Source: Bacteroidota bacterium (GTDB lineage Bacteria > Bacteroidota > Bacteroidia > Bacteroidales > FEN-979). Taken from it: a stretch of 64,000 bases of DNA. Of this stretch, positions 19,367 through 27,021 are shown in pieces (the stretch's first letter is position 1; every line of letters begins with the position of its first letter). The DNA is taken from the NCBI GenBank assembly GCA_026391775.1, contig JAPLDK010000011.1, positions 77,066 to 141,065 of the forward strand. Direction: 5' to 3'. Below the pieces are notes generated by a model. The model made no database searches. It saw only the letters and a program-made list of their open reading frames with translations, and was not told where the DNA came from. The translations under genes and the position numbers were made by a program.

Positions 19367-19752
19367 ATTGATCGTATATAAAGCCTGTATGAAATCAAAA
19401 TAGCCAACCCCATCATCAGATCACCAGCTCCCGAAAAGAGTACCATAATTATTGGCCTGTCGAACAGATAATATGAAAACAGGAAGACGGCTGCTGTGAA
19501 TTTGGTCACACATGATAAAATTACCAACTTTTTTGAATTCTCAGGAGCCAGGGCCGCCATAATATAAGCCAGGCTGATGATCAGATGGAAAACACCACCC
19601 TGGTCGGCAAAGAATTTTTCCTGTAACTGAAATCCGAAAAATTCTATCCATCCTGACGGAAAAATTATCAGGGCTAACCCAAAACATATGGAATGAATGG
19701 CGATAAGCCAAAGTACCCATTGCAATAAAAGACGGCTGTTTGACGAGGTCAT
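19363..19752 (-). CDS. Small integral membrane protein (about 4 TM), co-transcribed with the SDR-hydrogenase fusion
   Basis: 129-aa ORF made almost entirely of hydrophobic helices. Its stop overlaps the fusion gene start in an ATGA junction (19363-19366). Confidence 0.6.
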   Translation of the reverse strand: MTSSNSRLLLQWVLWLIAIHSICFGLALIIFPSGWIEFFGFQLQEKFFADQGGVFHLIISLAYIMAALAPENSKKLVILSCVTKFTAAVFLFSYYLFDRPIIMVLFSGAGDLMMGLAILISYRLYIRSI

Positions 19753-19791
19753 TTTGGTTTAATTTTCCGTAAAGTTAAAAAAATATTTTAA

Positions 19792-19809
19792 TTGTTATTT
19801 AATTAACAA
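19792..19809. promoter_or_regulatory. Rex operator between divergent hydrogenase operons
   Basis: TTGTTATTTAATTAACAA has one mismatch to TTGTTAA-N4-TTAACAA. It lies 10 nt upstream of the plus-strand -7 motif TAATTTTG (19820-19827). Confidence 0.65.
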
Positions 19810-19884
19810 AAGAAAGATGTAATTTTGCGCCAGATAGTTTAGTAAAAGTTTTAAAATAGGCAACTTATTAAAAACCAATATACA

Positions 19885-20352
19885 ATGGCTACAAACAACA
19901 ACAATTACATCGGTGAATTAGTCGAGCAGTACGGAAGAACCCGTTCCAGCCTGATGCCAATTCTGCAGGGAGTGATTGAGAAAAAGAACTTTATTTCAGA
20001 CATGGACATGACTGAAATTGCAAAAGAACTCGATCTTTCTGCAGCTCAGGTTTACGGTACTGCAACCTTCTATGCATTTCTTGAAACACAACCACGCGGA
20101 CAATATGTGATCCGTGTCTGCAAAACTATTACCTGCGACATGCATGGCAAAAAAACTATCGTACAGACGATTGAAGACATGCTGAAGATCAAAGCCGGAG
20201 AAACCACCCCGAACAAAAAGTTCACTTTGCTTGAGACCAATTGCCTTGGCTGGTGCCATGAAGGACCGGCCATGCTGATCAATGAGAAACCTTATTCCGG
20301 TCTTACACCCGAGAAGGTCCATGACATTTTAAGTGAGTATATGCATAAATAA
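19885..20352 (+). CDS. NuoE/HydC-like [2Fe-2S] subunit (set 1)
   Basis: Thioredoxin-like ferredoxin pattern CKTITCDMHG ... CLGWCHEGPAMLIN. Confidence 0.88.
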   Translation: MATNNNNYIGELVEQYGRTRSSLMPILQGVIEKKNFISDMDMTEIAKELDLSAAQVYGTATFYAFLETQPRGQYVIRVCKTITCDMHGKKTIVQTIEDMLKIKAGETTPNKKFTLLETNCLGWCHEGPAMLINEKPYSGLTPEKVHDILSEYMHK

Positions 20353-20373
20353 TTTAACATAAGGAGATTGACA

Positions 20374-21540
20374 ATGTCTGATACCAAACTAAAACGAGTT
20401 GACCTTATTTTTGGCGAATATTCCAATGTTAAGTATAAGGTTCTGGAGGATACACTAAAACGTTCTACTGACGAGATCCTTGAAGACCTGCTGGAATCGG
20501 GTTTGCGTGGCCGCGGCGGTGCAGGTTTTCCGACCGCCATGAAATGGAAATATACAGCTCAGGCCCCGGGAGAGGAAAAATATGTTGTTTGTAATGCCGA
20601 CGAAGGTGAACCAGGTACATTTAAAGACCGTGAGATCCTGACCCGTGTTCCAAGGAAAGTATTTTCGGGCATGGCGATCTGCGGTAAGGTGATTGGTGCA
20701 AAGAGAGGCTATATCTATCTCAGAGGAGAATATAAATTCCTATTGCCAGATCTTAATAAAGAACTTACAGATTATCACGAGCATGCTAAGACTATTGGCC
20801 TGGATTTTCTGATCGAGATCAAGCTGGGCAGCGGGGCATATATTTGCGGTGAAGAAAGCGCTCTTTTTGAATCCATGGAAGGGAACCGCGGTGAGCCAAG
20901 AAACAAACCTCCCTACCCCACAACTTATGGATACCTTGGGAAACCCACGGTTATCAATAATGTGGAAACTTTTGTAAATGTGCTGATGATCATGCGTCTC
21001 GGCCCCATACAGTTCAAAATGCTGGGGACTACTGACTCACGTGGATCAAAAGTATTTTCGGTTTCGGGCGATACTCCTATTCCTGGCATTTACGAACTGG
21101 AATTAGGGATGCCCCTCGATCGTTTTGTTGATGAATTCGGCGACGGTGACGCCAAGGCTGTCCAGGTTGGAGGTGCTTCCGGATTCTGTGTACCGCGCAA
21201 AAAATTTAAAGATACAGTTATAGGATTTGAAGGTGTTCCCACCGGAGGCTCCATGATGCTCTTCAACAGCTCCAGATCCATGTTCAATGTTTTACACAAT
21301 TATCTCGAATTCTTTGAAGAAGAATCCTGCGGACAATGTACTCCCTGCCGTGTCGGCTGCCAGCAACTCCGCAAGGGCATTGAAGCAGTGAAGAAAGGTG
21401 ACAAGAAATCTCTTTATCTAGACCAGCTCCTGAAACTTTCCGAAAGCATGAGGCTGACGGCAAAATGCGGTCTCGGCCAGTCAGTCGCCAACTCATTCTC
21501 ATCTATCGTATATAACTTCAAAGAAGAAATGATTTACTAA
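20374..21540 (+). CDS. NuoF/HydB-like FMN/NAD(H)-binding subunit, minimal form without accessory ferredoxin domains (set 1)
   Basis: GLRGRGGAGFPTAMKWK, GSGAYICGEESALFESMEG, ESCGQCTPCR...KCGLGQ. The protein ends directly after the N3-type cluster motif. ATG at 20374 preferred (AAGGAG 7 nt upstream) over the TTG at 20368. Confidence 0.88.
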   Translation: MSDTKLKRVDLIFGEYSNVKYKVLEDTLKRSTDEILEDLLESGLRGRGGAGFPTAMKWKYTAQAPGEEKYVVCNADEGEPGTFKDREILTRVPRKVFSGMAICGKVIGAKRGYIYLRGEYKFLLPDLNKELTDYHEHAKTIGLDFLIEIKLGSGAYICGEESALFESMEGNRGEPRNKPPYPTTYGYLGKPTVINNVETFVNVLMIMRLGPIQFKMLGTTDSRGSKVFSVSGDTPIPGIYELELGMPLDRFVDEFGDGDAKAVQVGGASGFCVPRKKFKDTVIGFEGVPTGGSMMLFNSSRSMFNVLHNYLEFFEEESCGQCTPCRVGCQQLRKGIEAVKKGDKKSLYLDQLLKLSESMRLTAKCGLGQSVANSFSSIVYNFKEEMIY

Positions 21541-21553
21541 AGGAACACTAAGC

Positions 21554-23368
21554 ATGAAAAATACTAAGAACGAAACTATAAAACAGATCAGCCTTACCAT
21601 AGACGGGATTCAGGTAAGTGTTGATGAGGGTAAAACAATACTTGAAGCCGCGCGCCAGCTCAACATACACATCCCGACACTCTGCTTTCATGAAGACCTG
21701 TGTGTTGCAGGTAACTGCCGCGTATGTATCGTGGAACAGGAGAAAGTAAAATCACTTCCTGCTTCCTGTGCCATGCCTGTTTCTGAAGGCATGGTTATTC
21801 ATACCAACAGTATGAAGGTAAGGCTTGCCCGGAAACATATTGTAGAGCTGCTACTGTCGGAACATAACGCGGATTGTACGAAGTGTTATAAGAACGGTAT
21901 TTGCGAGCTTCAGGGACTTGCATCCCAGATGCTCACGGGCGACCATATGTTCCTTGACCTTGTACCGGAACATAAATATTCTATCGACATGTTCAACACT
22001 GCAATTATCAAGGACGACAGCCGTTGTATACGTTGCCAGCGTTGCGTGAGGACATGTGAGGAACTTCAGGGTGTTAGCGCACTCGGGGTAGCATACCGGG
22101 GCAACTACATGAAGATCTCTACCTTCTTTGAACACCCATTGTTCGAAGTTGTTTGCACCAATTGCGGCCAGTGCGTGAACCGTTGTCCGACAGGTGCCCT
22201 TATCGAAAGGAATTACATTGACCAGGTGTGGGATGCCATTTATGACCCTACCAAGCATGTCGTTGTTCAAACTGCTCCTGCAGTACGTATTGCCCTTGGT
22301 GAATCTCTTGGATTGCCACCGGGAAAAATTGTAACAGGTAAAATGGTCGCTGCCTTAAAACGTCTTGGCTTCAGCGCAGTTCTCGACACCGATTTTACAG
22401 CAGACCTTACGATTATCGAAGAAGGCAATGAGCTCCTGACCAGGCTTAAGAAAGCCCTTCTCGACAAGGACCCCAATGTATGCCTGCCCATGGCAACTTC
22501 ATGTTCACCAGGCTGGATTAAATTCATTGAGCACACATTCCCTGAATTTTTGGGAAACCTTTCGACCTGTAAATCGCCTCAGCAGATGTTTGGCGCACTT
22601 GTTAAAACATACTATTGCCAGAAACGCAAGCTGGATGCCAAGAACGTTGTATCAGTTTCAATCATGCCTTGTACTGCAAAGAAATTTGAAGCCAATCGTC
22701 CTGAAATGCGTTCCAGTGGCTATAAAGATGTTGATTATGTTTTGACCACCCGCGAACTGGCCATTATGATCAAACAGGCAGGCCTCGATTTTGAGTCCTT
22801 GCCTGATGAACATTTCGACAGCCTCATGGGAGCTTCGACAGGAGCTGCAGTAATTTTCGGAACCACCGGCGGTGTGATGGAAGCCGCTCTGCGTACTGTA
22901 TATGAAGTTGTCACCGGGCGGGAGATCCCATTCGAAGGCCTTAATATCACTGCTGTGCGTGGAACTGAAGGCGAGGTTCGAGAAGCTTCATTGAAGATTG
23001 AAAAAACCAAACCTGAATGGAAATTCCTTGATGGCGTTGAACTGAAATGCGTTGTTGCCAATGGCCTTGCACATGCCAAAAAAGTCATGCAGGATGTTAA
23101 GGAGGGGAAAGCCCATTATCACTTTATCGAGATCATGGCTTGCCCCGGAGGATGCCTTGGAGGCGGCGGACAGCCGATTCCCACGAACAAGGACATCCGC
23201 ACAAAGAGGAAACAGGCTATTTATGAAGAAGATATGGGAATGTCGATCCGTAAATCTCATGAGAACCCCGAAGTACAACTGATCTACAAAGAATTCCTCG
23301 GACATCCTCTTGGCCATAAATCCCATGAACTATTACATACGCATTACACTCCCAGAAAGAGGTACTAG
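21554..23368 (+). CDS. hydA: [FeFe] hydrogenase catalytic subunit HydA (set 1), TSCSP variant
   Basis: M3 architecture (CFHEDLCVAGNCRVCIV, EHNADCTKCYKNGICELQ, CIRCQRCVRTC, CTNCGQCVNRCP). H-cluster motifs are TSCSPGW, MPCTAKKFE and EIMACPGGCLGGGGQP. Confidence 0.93.
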   Translation: MKNTKNETIKQISLTIDGIQVSVDEGKTILEAARQLNIHIPTLCFHEDLCVAGNCRVCIVEQEKVKSLPASCAMPVSEGMVIHTNSMKVRLARKHIVELLLSEHNADCTKCYKNGICELQGLASQMLTGDHMFLDLVPEHKYSIDMFNTAIIKDDSRCIRCQRCVRTCEELQGVSALGVAYRGNYMKISTFFEHPLFEVVCTNCGQCVNRCPTGALIERNYIDQVWDAIYDPTKHVVVQTAPAVRIALGESLGLPPGKIVTGKMVAALKRLGFSAVLDTDFTADLTIIEEGNELLTRLKKALLDKDPNVCLPMATSCSPGWIKFIEHTFPEFLGNLSTCKSPQQMFGALVKTYYCQKRKLDAKNVVSVSIMPCTAKKFEANRPEMRSSGYKDVDYVLTTRELAIMIKQAGLDFESLPDEHFDSLMGASTGAAVIFGTTGGVMEAALRTVYEVVTGREIPFEGLNITAVRGTEGEVREASLKIEKTKPEWKFLDGVELKCVVANGLAHAKKVMQDVKEGKAHYHFIEIMACPGGCLGGGGQPIPTNKDIRTKRKQAIYEEDMGMSIRKSHENPEVQLIYKEFLGHPLGHKSHELLHTHYTPRKRY

Positions 23369-23384
23369 CTGACTCACTAAAAAA

Positions 23385-23412
23385 GAAGCCGTCCAAACGA
23401 CGGCTTCTTTTT
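23385..23412. terminator. Rho-independent terminator, apparently bidirectional
   Basis: Perfect 9-bp stem GAAGCCGTC / GACGGCTTC with a 5-nt loop. An A-run lies on the left and TTTTT on the right, between convergent genes. Confidence 0.8.
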
Positions 23413-23509
23413 ATTTATAGCTGCCAAATCCCAAAGGCAGCCTTTTACACATCACTAACAACGGTATATTAAGAACGAACTGGAATTAAATCTTTGTTGA
23501 ACGGGATTG

Positions 23510-24358
23510 TTATTTCTTTGGTTCTGCAGGAGGTGCCGGGCTTTCAGGCTGTTCAGCATTATCCTTGTCGTCTTCTGTTTTAATAATTACCTTAATATCT
23601 TTCTGATTCTTCATCCCTCTTGGTGCCCTTACCTGATGTCGGGGTCCGTTGAAATATATGATCCGGTCATTGTGTTCGAAATAAGGACCATCCTCCAAAT
23701 CAATAACGATGCGCTTCCCTCCTTTCTTGTCAATTATTTTATACGATTTTACCCTGCTCATGGGGATATCGCCAAGGACATCCGAAAGAGATTCCCCTCT
23801 TTTTGGCATCGAAAACACCTGGGGGCCGGGAGTCCACTGGTTGAAGAAGTCATTATTAAAATCTTCCGGGCCTTCAGGAGGTTCAGGCACATCGGGCATT
23901 TCAAAGTTATAGTTAAACGCTTGGGGGCATTCCTTTATCCGGATCTTCGGACATCCCGGGGTACCGGGAAATTTGAACATGTATTTATGATGCCCGCTGG
24001 AATCGTTCACTGAGGAATCATTCATGGAACCAATGTATAATTCAATATCTTTCATCTGATCTCCCACCTCTTTCATTTTTGAATTTACTTTTTCCATCAG
24101 TACTTCCAGTTCTTTCCCGTCAATGCCTCCTTTTGACGAGATCACAGTATCGATCTCCGTTTTCTTTCCATTTTCTTCCTTTATAATATGGACATTGATT
24201 TTCCCATCCTTGTCCTTGGAGTCAGATTTTGCAACAACAGTCACTTTCTGCTCTTTTTTATCCTGTGCCTTAGAAGGAGAAGCAACAAAGACAGTAATCA
24301 GTAATGCTGTGACTCCTGTAAGGATCGCAGCCGGCCGGTGGAAATTGTTCATTTTCAT
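23510..24358 (-). CDS. Secreted hypothetical protein, Lys/Asp/Pro-rich
   Basis: 282-aa ORF with a signal peptide (AAILTGVTALLITVFVASPSKAQ). No recognised domain. Divergent from the kinase at 24486. Confidence 0.55.
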   Translation of the reverse strand: MKMNNFHRPAAILTGVTALLITVFVASPSKAQDKKEQKVTVVAKSDSKDKDGKINVHIIKEENGKKTEIDTVISSKGGIDGKELEVLMEKVNSKMKEVGDQMKDIELYIGSMNDSSVNDSSGHHKYMFKFPGTPGCPKIRIKECPQAFNYNFEMPDVPEPPEGPEDFNNDFFNQWTPGPQVFSMPKRGESLSDVLGDIPMSRVKSYKIIDKKGGKRIVIDLEDGPYFEHNDRIIYFNGPRHQVRAPRGMKNQKDIKVIIKTEDDKDNAEQPESPAPPAEPKK

Positions 24359-24485
24359 AGGTTTTTCATTTGACTGTACAAAAATACTCCGGGATTATGG
24401 TGAGAAATGTTAAGGAAGAGTTAAACTTGGTTAATGAAACGTTAATCTGCTGACATATCATGGTTTCTTTATATATTTTTGTACC

Positions 24486-26312
24486 ATGAATAAGCGGATG
24501 CTATATACCCTGATTGTCCTGATTTGTCTTTCATTGTTGGGGATCATTATCGTTCAGCTCTTCTGGATTACGAATGCTATTCAGGTGAAAGAAGCCCAAT
24601 TCAGCCGAAGTGTTAATGACGCCATGGGAGTTGTGGTTAGCAAACTTGAGACAAAGGAGAGCGTGCACCTTCTTATCAGGACGAGTATCAACGATAGTAT
24701 TAATGCCATTCTCAGGGAATACCCAGAGGAAAGTTTTTCTGATTCTCCTCCGCCGAGGGAAAATGTGATCCGTGAAAAAATGTATGTCAATAATGTTAAG
24801 AAGCAAAAGAAAGTAGTTGACAGTATCATGAAACAGTTCCGTCATGTCACCGTCAATGTTAATCCGCTCTTCACAGAAATGCAGTTTGAATGGAATGACA
24901 GCGAGCTGAAGAAGATTGATTCCATTATGCAGCTTCATGCTGAAGCCATGCCGGATCCGCAGTTCGAATACAGGATTGAGGAGGAATGGGACGCCTCACC
25001 TGAAGTGATCTTTAATACCCCTTCCCAGTCCCATACCATTCAATTCTATAATTCAGGTCCCGGACATTCAAACAGGAACGGATATTTAATGAGGCAGTTT
25101 CCTCCTCCCCCGCCGGGTTCTGCCTCTTCGGAGGTGATGGACCGGGTTAAAAGGCTAACTGAAAAGACCCGGAAATTAAAGGATATACTTCAGAAGCTGA
25201 CCGTTGAATCGGAAACCAAACCAAAGCCAATTGCCGACAGGGTCCCAAAAGACACCCTTGAACAGATAATAAGGAAAGCTCTTTCGGATAAAGATATCAG
25301 GATACCTTTTGAATATGCGGTTTATTCGCCCTCTAGTGACTCAAATCATTTTCCCGTCAAATCGGTAAATTTCGGACCTGAAAATCTGAGTACAGAGCAT
25401 AAGGTTACACTTTTCCCAAATGATTTAATCACGAAGCCCAATCAGCTACTACTGTTTTTTCCCAGCCAGAAAGGGCAAATACTCAGTTCATTGTCATTGT
25501 TAATGATCAGTTCGATTATCTTTACCCTGATCATTGTTTTATCTTCGGGCGCAAGTATAGTGGTCATGATACGGCAGAAAAAGATATCCGACATCAAAAC
25601 AGATTTCATTAACAACATGACCCATGAGTTTAAAACACCGATTGCAACAATATCCATCGCTGCCGATTCTATTGTAAATTCAAAGGTGATACTGGAACCA
25701 GAAAAGATCCGTAACTTCACCAGGATCATCAAGGAAGAAAACAACCGGATGAACACCAGGGTTGAACAGGTACTTCAGATGGCTCTGCTCGACAGCCGTG
25801 ATTTCAAACTGAAACCGATACTCACCGAGATGCACAGGATGATACACAGGGCCGTGGACCATTACCGTTTGCAAATCGAAAAGCGTGATGGGATTATTAC
25901 AACCCAGTTTGATGCGGTAAATGCCTTTGTGGAAGTTGATGAGGACCATATTCGGAATGTGCTGATGAACCTTCTCGACAACGCCAATAAATACTCAGGT
26001 TCCAGACCCGAGATCAGGGTTTTCACTTTCAACAGGGGAGAAAAATTTTACTTTGGTGTTGAAGATCACGGGGAGGGAATGAGCCTTGAGACCCAAAGAA
26101 AGGTTTTTGATAAATTCTTCAGGGTGACATCCGGGAACATCCATAATATAAAAGGTTTCGGCCTGGGATTAAGCTATGTAAAGGCCATTGTTCTGGCACA
26201 TCATGGGGAAATCAGCCTGCAGTCGGAAGTCGGTAAAGGAAGCCGTTTTGAGATCAGCCTTGCTTTTATGCCCGGTCAGGGAGACAAGGTTGTGTACGAC
26301 GGACAATTATAA
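24486..26312 (+). CDS. Membrane sensor histidine kinase
   Basis: N-terminal TM, second TM around residue 340, H-box FINNMTHEFKTPIATI, N-box LLDNANKYS, and G-boxes HGEGM and GFGLGLSYV. Confidence 0.9.
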   Translation: MNKRMLYTLIVLICLSLLGIIIVQLFWITNAIQVKEAQFSRSVNDAMGVVVSKLETKESVHLLIRTSINDSINAILREYPEESFSDSPPPRENVIREKMYVNNVKKQKKVVDSIMKQFRHVTVNVNPLFTEMQFEWNDSELKKIDSIMQLHAEAMPDPQFEYRIEEEWDASPEVIFNTPSQSHTIQFYNSGPGHSNRNGYLMRQFPPPPPGSASSEVMDRVKRLTEKTRKLKDILQKLTVESETKPKPIADRVPKDTLEQIIRKALSDKDIRIPFEYAVYSPSSDSNHFPVKSVNFGPENLSTEHKVTLFPNDLITKPNQLLLFFPSQKGQILSSLSLLMISSIIFTLIIVLSSGASIVVMIRQKKISDIKTDFINNMTHEFKTPIATISIAADSIVNSKVILEPEKIRNFTRIIKEENNRMNTRVEQVLQMALLDSRDFKLKPILTEMHRMIHRAVDHYRLQIEKRDGIITTQFDAVNAFVEVDEDHIRNVLMNLLDNANKYSGSRPEIRVFTFNRGEKFYFGVEDHGEGMSLETQRKVFDKFFRVTSGNIHNIKGFGLGLSYVKAIVLAHHGEISLQSEVGKGSRFEISLAFMPGQGDKVVYDGQL

Positions 26313-26322
26313 GGGAAAAATT

Positions 26323-27021
26323 ATGGAAGCGAAGAAAATATTGCTGGTTGAGGATGATCCGAATTTCGGATCAATCATGAAGTCGTATCTTGAGATGAAC
26401 GATTACCAGGTAAGTTTGAAAGTCGAGGGGAAACAGGGATTATCAGCATTCAAAGCACAGAAATTTGATATCTGCATACTGGATGTGATGATGCCCGAGA
26501 TGGACGGTTTTACGCTGGCAAGAGAGATTAAGAAAGTAAACTCCAGGATTCCCTTCATTTTCCTGACAGCAAAATCTTTAAAAAGCGATATGCTTGAGGG
26601 GTTTAAAACAGGGGCCGACGATTATATTACAAAACCATTTGATTCAGAAGTTTTATTGTATAAGATCGCCGCTATCCTGAAACGGAAATCTTCTGCCGAT
26701 CCTGATTCCGAAATAAATGAATACAGGATAGGAAAATTTGTATTTCATTATGTCTTAAGGACGCTTACCATTAATGGGGAAACGCAGCAGATATCACCTA
26801 AAGAAGCAAAGTTGCTGCGTATGCTGTGTACTTCTAAAGATGGCATTCTGATACGAAAGGATGCGCTTGAAACCATCTGGGGAGCCGACAATTATTTCAA
26901 TGGCCGCAGCATGGATGTCTTTATTGCCAAGCTTCGTAAATACCTGAAAGCCGACCCCGGTATTGAGATCGTCAACATTCATGGAAATGGATTCAGGATG
27001 ATTTCTCCAAAGGAAGTGTAA
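26323..27021 (+). CDS. OmpR/PhoB-family response regulator
   Basis: KILLVEDDPNFG, ILDVMMPEMDG, LTAK, and a winged-helix C-terminus (LRKYL...IHGNGFRM). ATG at 26323 preferred; the 26188 extension overlaps the kinase gene. Confidence 0.9.
   Translation: MEAKKILLVEDDPNFGSIMKSYLEMNDYQVSLKVEGKQGLSAFKAQKFDICILDVMMPEMDGFTLAREIKKVNSRIPFIFLTAKSLKSDMLEGFKTGADDYITKPFDSEVLLYKIAAILKRKSSADPDSEINEYRIGKFVFHYVLRTLTINGETQQISPKEAKLLRMLCTSKDGILIRKDALETIWGADNYFNGRSMDVFIAKLRKYLKADPGIEIVNIHGNGFRMISPKEV

Noticed and set aside
23421-23443. Second hairpin GCTGCC-N10-GGCAGC downstream of hydA (set 1)
   Set aside because: It has a 6-bp stem, a 10-nt loop and only a short interrupted T-tract. The stronger hairpin at 23385-23412 already accounts for termination in both directions.
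26188-26322. Upstream extension of the OmpR-type regulator ORF (track start at 26188)
   Set aside because: The extension overlaps the 3' end of the kinase gene by 125 nt, and its translation (MFWHIMGKSACSRK...) has no receiver-domain features. The canonical receiver N-terminus MEAKKILLVEDD starts at the ATG at 26323.
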